NCBI GenBank assembly: GCA_963724515.1
Contig: CAVRUU010000003.1
Span: 450,724-514,723, forward strand
Direction: 5' to 3'
DNA: 64,000 nt
Origin: Candidatus Eiseniibacteriota bacterium
GTDB taxonomy: Bacteria; Eisenbacteria; RBG-16-71-46; SZUA-252
The position numbers and the translations under genes were made by a program. Below the pieces are notes generated by a model. That model was not told the DNA's origin and made no database searches. It saw nothing but the letters and a program-made list of their open reading frames with translations. The stretch's first letter is position 1. Each line of letters opens with the position of its first letter. This document shows, piece by piece, positions 24,804 through 33,523 of this stretch.

Positions 24804-25568
24804 TTATGGGGTGCGCTCCGGACGGTTGTAGTGCAGGACGTCGTAGCAAGAGAGCCACTGGTCGCCTCGCGCCGCCGCGGCTCGAACCCGACCCATTCCG
24901 GCGACATGCCCTTCGGCGGGAATGAGGCGCATCGCAGACGAGCATTTGGCCTCCAGCCTCCCCAGAAACTCGGCATCCAGCGGAATTCGCCCGACAGCCT
25001 GCTCCTGAGCATCGAGCCTCAGTCCCGCACGGTCTGCTTCTTGGTGAAGTCGAGCGATCGTAGGGTAGCGCATCAGTTCAATCGCCAGGATCTCAGGAAA
25101 GAATTTGGCCAGGCTTCGGCGCTTGAGCGTGTCCTCGGAGTCCGTGACGATCATCAGGTGTCCGCCGGGCGCGAGAACTCGGTGGCTCTCGGTGAAGAAA
25201 CGCGGCAGATCCTCAATGTGGTGAACGACGTCAACGGCGAACGCGAGGGAGAACTCCTCCTTCGGAAACGGAAACTCCTTCCCAGCATCACCATGCACGA
25301 ACGTCACACTCGATTCCCTACGGCGTGCCTCATGCAGCATAGGCTCCGACAAGTCGAAACCAGCATAGACCAGATCGTTTCGTGTCTCCGCGAGTGCGCG
25401 AACGTAGTTCCCCGTGCCGCACCCGATCTCCAGCACCGCTCCGTCGGCCGGTAGTGCGTGGACCATCCGCGCGAGAGGCGAAACGACCCAGGGGACCGCC
25501 CACCGCGACCACGCGTAGGTGGGAGCGTAGCCGTCATAGTCGGTCGGAAAGGAAGACCTGTCATTCAT
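24804..25568 (-). CDS. Class I SAM-dependent methyltransferase (small-molecule type)
   Basis: 254-aa ORF. Motif I VLEIGCGTGNY, post-I acidic GFDLS, motif II-like FAVDVVHHI. No DNA-methyltransferase motifs (DPPY, PC-Q) seen. Confidence 0.75.
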   Translation of the reverse strand: MNDRSSFPTDYDGYAPTYAWSRWAVPWVVSPLARMVHALPADGAVLEIGCGTGNYVRALAETRNDLVYAGFDLSEPMLHEARRRESSVTFVHGDAGKEFPFPKEEFSLAFAVDVVHHIEDLPRFFTESHRVLAPGGHLMIVTDSEDTLKRRSLAKFFPEILAIELMRYPTIARLHQEADRAGLRLDAQEQAVGRIPLDAEFLGRLEAKCSSAMRLIPAEGHVAGMGRVRAAAARGDQWLSCYDVLHYNRPERTP

Positions 25569-25602
25569 GGCAGATGGATGGACCGAATCAAATCCCTGTC
25601 CG

Positions 25603-26334
25603 TCAGCCTTTCTTCGGAGGCTTCGAGGGCCGGATCTCGATCGCGCTCGCGAGCGTCCGCGGGTCGTGGCTCAAGAGATCCAGGACGATGCGCGCGATGT
25701 CGCGCGGCTGGATCTTCCAGTCGTCCTCGGTGCCCGGCGTATGCCCGTTGAAATGCGTCGCCACGCTCCCGGGCATGAGATGGGTCACCTTGATCCCGTC
25801 GTAGCGGACCTCCTGCATGAGCGCTTCGCTCATGCCGTTGAGGCCGAACTTCGAGGCGTTGTATGCGGTCGCGGTGGGAAAGGCGTTTTTCCCCGCGAGG
25901 CTCGAGATGTTGATGATGTAGCCGCCTCCCCGCTTCCTCATGCGCGGGATCGCCGCCCGAGCGCAGAGAAACACACCGGTCAGGTTCGTCTCGAGCACCG
26001 AGTTCCACTCCGCGAGCGACATCTCCTCGAGATTGCGGAAGAGGCCTACGCCAGCGTTGTTGACGAGGATATCGACGCCCCCGAAGGCGCGATCCGCCTC
26101 CGCGAAGAGCGACCGGACCTCCTCCTCGCGCCGCACGTCGCAGCGGTGCGCCAGGACGCGCTTCGGGTGCGCGCGCTCCAGCTCCTTGCCGGCGGCCTGG
26201 ACCTCATCCTGGGTCCGGGCGGAGACCACGACCTTCGCCCCCGCCTCGAGCAGGGCTTCGGCGATGGCGCGTCCGATTCCCTTCGTGCTTCCCGTCACAA
26301 CCGCCGCCTTATTGTGTAGAACGCCTCCGTTCAT
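25603..26334 (-). CDS. SDR family oxidoreductase
   Basis: Starts [25 protein letters not shown] (GGAGGAG RBS upstream). NNAG, catalytic YNASK. ATG 26334 overlaps the upstream gene stop (ATGA). The track ORF extension to 26625 is rejected. Confidence 0.85.
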   Translation of the reverse strand: MNGGVLHNKAAVVTGSTKGIGRAIAEALLEAGAKVVVSARTQDEVQAAGKELERAHPKRVLAHRCDVRREEEVRSLFAEADRAFGGVDILVNNAGVGLFRNLEEMSLAEWNSVLETNLTGVFLCARAAIPRMRKRGGGYIINISSLAGKNAFPTATAYNASKFGLNGMSEALMQEVRYDGIKVTHLMPGSVATHFNGHTPGTEDDWKIQPRDIARIVLDLLSHDPRTLASAIEIRPSKPPKKG

Positions 26335-26981
26335 AGAATCTCCTCCAACGCCTGCTTCAGCTCGGCGAGCTTCTCGGTGAAGAAATGGTCCGCGCCCTTC
26401 ACGACGCGAACCGTGACGGAGCCGGATCGCTCCCATTTCCTGACGAATCGATCGAGCGTGTCCGGGCTCCCGTACTGGTCCCGCTCCCCCTGCACGACCG
26501 CGAGCGGCCAGGGAAGGCGGTCCACGCGGTCCAGGAATTCGAACGAGTGGTTCTCGACGGGCAGCCCGAGCGCCACGAACCGCTCGACGCCGGGATCGGC
26601 AATCGCCCACTGGAGCCCGATCCACGCGCCGAAGGAGAATCCGGCTCCCCAGAGCCGCGTGTGGCCGGTGCGCTCCCGGGCGAACGCCGCCGCGGCCGCG
26701 ACGTCCCCGATCTCCTCGTTCCAGCCGGAGTACTGACCCACGCTTCTACCCACGCCGCGGAAGTTGAACCGGAGGACCGGATGCCCCGCGGCATCCAGCA
26801 CGCGGTACACGGTGTGCACGACCTTGCTGTGCATCGACCCGCCGTGAGCCGGGTGGGGATGGCCGATCACGGCCGGGGGAAGGCCGGCGCCCGGATCGGA
26901 CCAGAGCCCTTCGATCCTCCCTGCCGGGCCCGGAAACTCGACCGCGCTCACCGTGCGCGCTGCGGATTGAGAAGGCTCCAC
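26331..26981 (-). CDS. Alpha/beta hydrolase fold protein
   Basis: 216-aa ORF. Nucleophile elbow [22 protein letters not shown] oxyanion-region motif, C-terminal GADHFF (His). GTG start at 26981 is uncertain. Confidence 0.7.
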   Translation of the reverse strand: MEPSQSAARTVSAVEFPGPAGRIEGLWSDPGAGLPPAVIGHPHPAHGGSMHSKVVHTVYRVLDAAGHPVLRFNFRGVGRSVGQYSGWNEEIGDVAAAAAFARERTGHTRLWGAGFSFGAWIGLQWAIADPGVERFVALGLPVENHSFEFLDRVDRLPWPLAVVQGERDQYGSPDTLDRFVRKWERSGSVTVRVVKGADHFFTEKLAELKQALEEIL

Positions 26982-27028
26982 GGGTGCCGATCTCCTTGGC
27001 GGGGCGTGAGCGGGACGGCAATTGGGCG

Positions 27029-27057
27029 TTTTCGAAGGTGAGTGTCTCCGCTATAAT
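27029..27057 (+). promoter_or_regulatory. Possible promoter (-10 TATAAT) upstream of the E1 dehydrogenase gene
   Basis: A perfect tataat at 27052-27057, 47 nt upstream of the proposed GTG 27104. The -35 is weak (ttttcg at 17-nt spacing or ttcgaa at 15). Confidence 0.35.
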
Positions 27058-27103
27058 CGGTCTGCTCAAGCACCAAAATCCCGCCTTCGAAGGGAGTCTT
27101 CGC

Positions 27104-29212
27104 GTGGCAATCCGCGTCGAGAAAGAGACCATGCACGGCTTGAACCGGGCCGAGCTTCTGGACATGTATCGCCTGATCTTCCTGTCCCGGAAAATGGACG
27201 ACGAGGAGATCAAGCTGAAGAAGCAGAACCTCATCTTCTTCCAGATCTCCGGCGCGGGGCACGAAGCGGTGCTCATCGCGGCGGGCAAGGCCCTGAAGAG
27301 CGGCTACGACTGGTTCTACCCCTATTATCGGGACCGGGCGCTGATGCTCACGCTCGGCATGACTCCGACGGAGATGCTGCTGGAGGCGGTCGCGGCCGCC
27401 GCCGATCCCAACTCGGGCGGGCGCCAGATGCCGGCCCACTGGGGGCTGAAGCGCGCCAACGTCGTTTCCCAGTCGAGCCCGACCGGCACCCAATTCCTCC
27501 AGGCGGTGGGTTGCTCCGAGGGGGGCCGGTTCCTCTCGGTCCTGCGCGATATCAAGAACCGCCCGGCCTTCCACGAGGACGAGGTGGTCTACGTCTCGTC
27601 CGGCGAAGGCACGACGAGCCAGGGGGAATTCTGGGAAGCGCTCACGACGGCGGCCACGAACAAGACCCCCGTTCTCTTCCTGATCACGGACAACCAGTAC
27701 GCGATCTCGGTTCCGGTCGAGGTGCAGACCCCCGGAAGCGACATCTCGCGCTGCCTGAGCGGCATCCCCGGCCTCCGCATCATGAAGGTGGACGGCACCG
27801 ACCCGGTCGCTTCCTACCGGACGATGACGGAAGCCGTCGCTCACCTCCGCGCCCGGCGAGGCCCCGTGCTCGTGCACGCGTCGGTCGTGCGTCCGTACGG
27901 GCACTCGATGTCGGACGACGAGCTTTCCTACAAGCCGCCCGCGGAACGCGAGGCGGAGGCGAAGCGCGACCCGCTCCATACGTTCCCGGCGTTCCTGATC
28001 CGGGAGGGATTCGCGACGCAGGAGATCATCGAGGGGATCCAGAAAGAGGTCCTCGACACGATCGCGAAGGCGGAGGTGGAGGCGTTGAAATCACCGCAGC
28101 CCGAGCCGGACACGGCGCTCCGCCACGTCTACTCCTCCAAGGTGGACCCGACCTCCAAGGCGTTCCAGACCGAGCCCAAGCTCGAGGGTGGCCCGGAGAC
28201 GATGGTCACCCTGATCAACCGGTGCCTGCGCGACGAGATGGCCCGCGACCCGAGCATCGTCGTCTTCGGCGAGGACGTGGCCGACGCGACGCGCGAGGCG
28301 GCGCTGGCCGAGGTGTCCGGCAAGGGGGGCGTGTTCAAAGTCACGCACGGCCTCCAGAAACAGTTCGGCAAGGAGCGCGTGTTCAACTCCCCTCTGGCCG
28401 AGGCCAACATCATCGGACGCGCGATCGGGATGGCGACACGCGGCATCAAGCCGGTCGTCGAGATCCAGTTCTTCGACTTCATCTGGCCGGCGATGATGCA
28501 GATCCGGAACGAGATGGCGATGCTCCGCTGGAGGTCCAACGGAGACTTCTCCTGCCCCATGGTCATCCGTGTTCCGATCGGCGGGTATCTGCAGGGCGGA
28601 TCGATCTACCACAGCCAGAGCGGCGAGAGCATCTTCGCGCACAATCCGGGGCTTCGGGTCGTGTTCCCCTCGACGGCGGTGGACGCGAACGGCCTGCTGC
28701 GGACCGCCATCCGCTCCGACGACCCGGTGTTCTTCCTCGAGCACAAGCACATCTATCGCCAGCCGTTCGCGAAGGGGCAGTACCCGGGCCCGGACTACAT
28801 GATCCCCTTCGGGAAGGCCCGCGTCGCGCGCGAGGGGAACGACCTGACGGTGGTCACGTGGGGCGCGACCGTGAATCGCGCGCTCCTGGCGGCGCAGCGG
28901 CTCGAGACCGACGGAACGAGCGTGGAGGTGCTGGACCTTCGCACGATCCTGCCCTTCGACATGGACGCGATCGCCCGCTCCGTGCGGAAGACCGCGCGGG
29001 TGCTGGTGCTCCACGAGGACGTGCTGACGGGGGGATTCGGCGGGGAGATCGCGGCCCGGATCGCGGAGCATCTCTTCGAGTCGCTGGACGCGCCGATCCG
29101 GCGCATCGGCGCGCTGGATACGCCCGTCGGATACGCGCCCGCCCTGGAAGACGCGATCCTGCCCCAGGTGGATGGAATCGAGAGGGTTCTGCGGGAGCTG
29201 GCCGCGTACTAG
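27104..29212 (+). CDS. Fused 2-oxoacid dehydrogenase E1 component (alpha + beta subunits in one polypeptide)
   Basis: Alpha part: [20 protein letters not shown] region [37 protein letters not shown]. Beta part from [26 protein letters not shown] ... [18 protein letters not shown]. Start chosen at GTG 27104 (GAAGGGAG 7 nt upstream). ATG 27131 is the alternative. Confidence 0.8.
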   Translation: MAIRVEKETMHGLNRAELLDMYRLIFLSRKMDDEEIKLKKQNLIFFQISGAGHEAVLIAAGKALKSGYDWFYPYYRDRALMLTLGMTPTEMLLEAVAAAADPNSGGRQMPAHWGLKRANVVSQSSPTGTQFLQAVGCSEGGRFLSVLRDIKNRPAFHEDEVVYVSSGEGTTSQGEFWEALTTAATNKTPVLFLITDNQYAISVPVEVQTPGSDISRCLSGIPGLRIMKVDGTDPVASYRTMTEAVAHLRARRGPVLVHASVVRPYGHSMSDDELSYKPPAEREAEAKRDPLHTFPAFLIREGFATQEIIEGIQKEVLDTIAKAEVEALKSPQPEPDTALRHVYSSKVDPTSKAFQTEPKLEGGPETMVTLINRCLRDEMARDPSIVVFGEDVADATREAALAEVSGKGGVFKVTHGLQKQFGKERVFNSPLAEANIIGRAIGMATRGIKPVVEIQFFDFIWPAMMQIRNEMAMLRWRSNGDFSCPMVIRVPIGGYLQGGSIYHSQSGESIFAHNPGLRVVFPSTAVDANGLLRTAIRSDDPVFFLEHKHIYRQPFAKGQYPGPDYMIPFGKARVAREGNDLTVVTWGATVNRALLAAQRLETDGTSVEVLDLRTILPFDMDAIARSVRKTARVLVLHEDVLTGGFGGEIAARIAEHLFESLDAPIRRIGALDTPVGYAPALEDAILPQVDGIERVLRELAAY

Positions 29213-29218
29213 CCGGCG

Positions 29219-30697
29219 CTACCGCTTCAAGACAACGTTTCCCGACTCCCTCCGGACTTTCCCCTCCTCCTCCAGACGGATCAGGTGCGCCTCCAGGGTC
29301 CGCGCGGCGAGCGCCGCGGGCGCGCCGGGCGTGTCCTTGTAGACCTCCTCGCGGAGCGCTTCCTCCGTCATCGGGCCCTTCTCCAGCGCGCGGAGGATGC
29401 GCGATTCCCGCATCCGGCGGTGCTCCACGAGCGTCGAAATCAGATGATCCACGCCGCGGCTGGGCGGCCCGTGCCCCGGGATCAGCGCTCCCGCCTGAAG
29501 CCCTCGGATCCGCTCCAGCGATCGCAGATAGTCCCCCATGTTCCCGTCGGGCGGGTCGATGACCACGGTTCCCAGCGTCGAGACCAGGTCCCCCGCGCAG
29601 AGCGTGCGCGAGCGCTCCTCGAGGAAGACGAAGTGGGAGAGGGCGTGTCCGGGTGTCGCGACCGCGACGAGGCGCCGGGGATGCGGACCCGGAAGCTCGA
29701 TCACGTCGCCGTCCACGAGCTCCCGGTCGAGCCGCACGCGGTCGGCGACCGACGCGTGTCCCCAGACCGGCGCCTTGTAGCGCTCGCGGACAAAGTCGGC
29801 GCCCAGGATGTGGTCCTTGTGACGGTGCGTGAGGAGGATCGCCTTCACCCGCCCGCCGCCGGCGGTCGCGGTGTCCACGACTTCGTGGAGCGGCTCGAGG
29901 TCGGACGGATCGGCCGTTCCCGGGTCGACGATCACGACCTCGCGGTCTCCCACCACGACGGCATTCGTGTGGGTCGCCGGCGGAAGGGTCTCGGTGCGAA
30001 GCGGCACCATCACGACGCCGGGGTGCAGGATCACGTGGCGCGAGGGAACGCCGTCGGCTTCGGGCACGCCGCGGAGCCTCTCCGCGAGATCGTGCGGGCC
30101 GCCGGCTCCCTCCGCGATGACCCGGATGGCATGGAGCGTCGGCATCGCGAGCGTCACGCGGTCTTCGTCCCACAGGCGAAGCGCGCGCGCGGGCTCGACC
30201 CACTCCCCCGACTGAAGCTCTCCCGGCCAGACGTCGGGCGGGGTCGCCTCTCCCAGCTCCGCGAGAAAGAACATGGTGTCGAAGCGGGCGCGGCTGAAGG
30301 GCGGCGTGATCCAGCGGCCCGAGGGCCGGAACACCGAGCGGTCGAGCGTCAGGCCGAGCCGCTCGATGGAGGGCCAGAACTCGACGTTTCCGTTCAGCAC
30401 CTGCTCCCTCAAGATGCGCTGCGCCTCGGGCGGCGGAATCGATCCATTCACGCCGACGAAGAGCCCCGTCTCCTCGAAGGTCTCCCGCACCGCGCAGCGG
30501 ATCATCGAGAGCTCGTACACCTCGTCCGCGTCCAGCGGTCCGTCCTCGCGCGACACCCTGCCTCCGGGGAACGAGTGGAATCCCCCGAGGAAGGGGTTGG
30601 CCTCGGCCCGATGAACCCAGAGGAGACGAAGCTCGGGCTTGCGCGAGATGAGGATCAGGCTCGCCGCCGGGCGAAGCGGCGGAGTCACGGGGGGCAT
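29219..30697 (-). CDS. NUDIX hydrolase - MBL-fold metallo-hydrolase fusion protein
   Basis: Starts MPPVTPPLRPAASLILI. NUDIX box PGGRVSREDGPLDADEVYELSMIRCAVRETFEETG. MBL motif LLTHRHKDH plus downstream TPGHALSH and PGHG. C-terminal winged-helix-like tail. The track ORF extension to 30967 is rejected. Confidence 0.75.
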   Translation of the reverse strand: MPPVTPPLRPAASLILISRKPELRLLWVHRAEANPFLGGFHSFPGGRVSREDGPLDADEVYELSMIRCAVRETFEETGLFVGVNGSIPPPEAQRILREQVLNGNVEFWPSIERLGLTLDRSVFRPSGRWITPPFSRARFDTMFFLAELGEATPPDVWPGELQSGEWVEPARALRLWDEDRVTLAMPTLHAIRVIAEGAGGPHDLAERLRGVPEADGVPSRHVILHPGVVMVPLRTETLPPATHTNAVVVGDREVVIVDPGTADPSDLEPLHEVVDTATAGGGRVKAILLTHRHKDHILGADFVRERYKAPVWGHASVADRVRLDRELVDGDVIELPGPHPRRLVAVATPGHALSHFVFLEERSRTLCAGDLVSTLGTVVIDPPDGNMGDYLRSLERIRGLQAGALIPGHGPPSRGVDHLISTLVEHRRMRESRILRALEKGPMTEEALREEVYKDTPGAPAALAARTLEAHLIRLEEEGKVRRESGNVVLKR

Positions 30698-30699
30698 CG

Positions 30700-31608
30700 C
30701 TACTCGACGAGCACGGGAGGGAGCACCAGGCGCAGCGCCTTGATGTGGTCGGGGCCGATGCCGCAGCAGCCTCCCACGATCTGGGCGCCGCGGGCGACCC
30801 ACCCCAGGGCCGCCTCCGCGAACCGCTCGGGGGTCCACGTCGCATCGAAGCGCCACGTGCCCCGCGCCATGTCGGGCTCTCCGGCGTTCGGGTAGCATCC
30901 AAGCGGAAGGCGCGTGACGCGGCCCATCGCTCCGAGACACTCTCCGGCCGCGTCGGGTCCCACGCAATTGACCAGGATCGCGTCCGGCTTGAAGGGCTCG
31001 ACCGCCCGCACGGCGTCCTCCAACGATTCCCCGTTCCAGATCTCGAGCGCGCTCTTGCAGATGAAGCTCACGAGCACCGGAAGTCCGGTCGGCTTGGCAC
31101 CCCGGAGCGCCGCCTTGGCCTCGGCCGTGGAATTCATGGTCTCGATCAGGATGAGATCGACTCCCGCCCGCGCGAGGCGCACCGCCTGCTCGGCGTGCTC
31201 CCGCTCGGCGAGCTTGGGCTCGGGCATGAGGTCCGGCCGGTAGCAGTCCTCGAGCGGCGCCAGCGCCCCCGCGATCAGGACCTCGCGGGTCACGAGGGCA
31301 CGGCCCACCGCCTCGCGCGCCAGCGCCACGGCCCGCTCCGTGAGCCGCACCGCCTCACCCGCACGTCCCGCTTTGGCCAGCGTCCTCGGAGTGGACCGGA
31401 ACGTGTTCGCGGTGATGACGTCGGCGCCCGCGCGGACGTAATCCTCGTGGATCGCGCGGACCGCGTCGGGCGCGTCGAGCAGCGCCTGGGCGCTCCAGAG
31501 CGGGAGCGGCGCCGGAACGTCCCGGCGCAAGAGCTCGGTCCCGAGCGCCCCGTCGAGGATGATCAGCTCGCCCCGGTTCAGTCGGCTCTTCATCGAATTG
31601 TGGCTCAT
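30700..31608 (-). CDS. Homocysteine S-methyltransferase family protein
   Basis: Starts MSHNSMKSRLNRGELIILDGALGTEL. ITANTF, zinc Cys ligands in VNCVGP and GGCCGIGPDHI. ATG 31608 overlaps the patatin stop (ATGA). Confidence 0.8.
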   Translation of the reverse strand: MSHNSMKSRLNRGELIILDGALGTELLRRDVPAPLPLWSAQALLDAPDAVRAIHEDYVRAGADVITANTFRSTPRTLAKAGRAGEAVRLTERAVALAREAVGRALVTREVLIAGALAPLEDCYRPDLMPEPKLAEREHAEQAVRLARAGVDLILIETMNSTAEAKAALRGAKPTGLPVLVSFICKSALEIWNGESLEDAVRAVEPFKPDAILVNCVGPDAAGECLGAMGRVTRLPLGCYPNAGEPDMARGTWRFDATWTPERFAEAALGWVARGAQIVGGCCGIGPDHIKALRLVLPPVLVE

Positions 31609-32717
31609 CCCGCGCCCGACGCCTCGTCGGACGGATTCAGTCCATGGAATTGCATCAGCTCCTCGATGACCGCGCGGCGTCTCTTCAAGATCGACGTCAT
31701 GGACGTGTAGCCGTAACGCAGGATCTGTTCCCGCTCGACGTAGCTCATCGTGGGATGAAGGAACATCATCACCTCGGCCGAGGAGGGCTCGATCCGATAG
31801 ATTTTGACTTGCGGGAACTCCGCCTGCGCGCGCCGGATCTCGCCGTCGAGACGCACCCGCGTCTCGATCCGCGACGCCTGATCGTGGATGAAGGACATCC
31901 CCTTTTCCGCGATCCGGGCGCACTTGCCGTCGCTCCGCGGAATGCACACCGAGCTGCGGTCGTTCATGATGTTGAGCATCGGGTTGATGATCAAGACCGT
32001 GTTGGCCCCCGCCTTGATCGCGAGGTCGATGTGCGCCACGCGGCCCGTCGAGCCGTCGATGTAGTCGCGGCCCTGGATGCGCACGGGCCGGAAGAAGAGC
32101 GGGATCGCCGAGGATGCCGCGATCGCGTGCGAGATGGGCACCAGGTCCCCGTCGGTGTTCGTGAAGATCCGCCTCGTGCCGAGATCGAGGTCGGTCGCCG
32201 GGATGTACAGCTCGCGGACGATGCCGGTGAAGGAGTCCGACTTCCCGAAGGCTTCCAGCAGGCGGCAAAACGTGCGCTGATAGTTTTCGAGAGCGAAAAG
32301 CCCCGGCGGCAATCGCTCCTCGATGTGGTGCATGAACTCGAAGGGGGACGGCCGTTGATGATGGCGGATGCACTTGATGAAGAAGTCCGGCACCGAGGCG
32401 ACGCACCCCAGCACGGATTTCAGGATCGCCCAGCGGTTCGCCATGTAGAAGTCGCCGCGCTTGAACTCGAGGGCGGAATCGGAGCCGTGCAGGAGCCCCC
32501 AGTAGATCTTCCTCGCCGAGACTCCCTTCGCGAGCAGCGACGCAACCGACGCGCCCGCGCTCACGCCGATGTAGACGTGAAACCCGGTGCTCGAGAAATC
32601 GAATCCGAGAAAATCGTCGAGGGCGGCGAGGCACCCGACCTCGTAGAAGGCACCGGTCATGCCGCCGCCGGTGAGGCTGAGCGCGATTTTTCCGCCTTCC
32701 GTGGCGGATGGGGTCAC
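31605..32717 (-). CDS. Patatin-like phospholipase
   Basis: Oxyanion LTGGGMTGAFYEVG, nucleophile GVSAGA (GxSxG), catalytic Asp in YIDGST. Start chosen at GTG 32717, which overlaps the SDR stop (GTGA). ATG 32801 would overlap the SDR gene by 88 nt. Confidence 0.8.
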   Translation of the reverse strand: MTPSATEGGKIALSLTGGGMTGAFYEVGCLAALDDFLGFDFSSTGFHVYIGVSAGASVASLLAKGVSARKIYWGLLHGSDSALEFKRGDFYMANRWAILKSVLGCVASVPDFFIKCIRHHQRPSPFEFMHHIEERLPPGLFALENYQRTFCRLLEAFGKSDSFTGIVRELYIPATDLDLGTRRIFTNTDGDLVPISHAIAASSAIPLFFRPVRIQGRDYIDGSTGRVAHIDLAIKAGANTVLIINPMLNIMNDRSSVCIPRSDGKCARIAEKGMSFIHDQASRIETRVRLDGEIRRAQAEFPQVKIYRIEPSSAEVMMFLHPTMSYVEREQILRYGYTSMTSILKRRRAVIEELMQFHGLNPSDEASGAG

Positions 32718-33523
32718 CCGCGCCTCCCGGGGTAGCGGAAGAGGCGGTTTACGATTCGATCCGCCAGACGCGGGGCCATCACGTTCAGGAGTCCGATCCA
32801 TCGGTTTCGGCGCGGGATGAAGATCTCGGGTCTGGGCCGTTTGAGCGCGCCCACGATCGCCCGCGCCACCTCTTCTGGCTTGAGTACGGTGCCTGCCGGT
32901 CCCAATCCCAGGGCCCGGCCTCGATCGAGCCGGGCCAGGAACTCCGTCTCGACGGCCGCGGGAATCACGAGCGCCACCCGGATTCCCCGGGGCCCAAGCT
33001 CCCTCCTCCACGCTTCGGTCATGCCGACGAGCGCGAACTTGGAGGCGTTGTAGAAGGAATAATACGGCACGCCGACCTTTCCCGCGAAGCTCGTGATGTT
33101 CACGATGACGGGTTCGCGGCGAGCGCCGCCCCGCTCCGTGAGTGCGGGGAGGGCCGCGCGCGTGACACGGACCGTGCCCAGCACGTTCACCTCGAGCATC
33201 TCCACCACGCGCTCGTCCGCGGCTTCCGCGATCGAGGCCAGATAGCCGATCCCGGCGTTGTTGACCACCGCATCGAGCCCGCCGAAGCGGCGCACGGCCT
33301 CGGCGACCGCTCGCTCGGCGTCGGCGGCGCGACGCACGTCGCCGGCAACCGCGATCGCGGCTCCTCCCGTTGATTCGATTGTGGAGCGCAAGGTCTCGAG
33401 CGGCGCCGCGCGGCGGGCGAAGAGCGTGAGCTTCGCTCCCTCGCGCGCGAGGAGCTCGGCGGTCGCGCGGCCGATCCCACCCGAAGCGCCGGTCAGGAGG
33501 ATCGAGCTGCCGCTAAGCTCCAC
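32714..33523 (-). CDS. SDR family oxidoreductase
   Basis: 269-aa ORF. LLTGASGGIGRATA, NNAG, YNASK. GTG 33523 abuts the S9 peptidase stop codon (33524-33526). Confidence 0.85.
   Translation of the reverse strand: MELSGSSILLTGASGGIGRATAELLAREGAKLTLFARRAAPLETLRSTIESTGGAAIAVAGDVRRAADAERAVAEAVRRFGGLDAVVNNAGIGYLASIAEAADERVVEMLEVNVLGTVRVTRAALPALTERGGARREPVIVNITSFAGKVGVPYYSFYNASKFALVGMTEAWRRELGPRGIRVALVIPAAVETEFLARLDRGRALGLGPAGTVLKPEEVARAIVGALKRPRPEIFIPRRNRWIGLLNVMAPRLADRIVNRLFRYPGRRG

Noticed and set aside
23226-25568. HNH endonuclease plus methyltransferase as a restriction-modification pair
   Set aside because: The methyltransferase has small-molecule class I motifs and no DNA methyltransferase signatures. 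The genes are separated by 276 nt and are not coupled.
28854-30902. 682-aa minus-strand ORF (also 27022..29562 plus-strand, 846 aa)
   Set aside because: These are alternative frames of the E1 and NUDIX-MBL genes. Arg/Pro/Gly-rich composition with no motifs.
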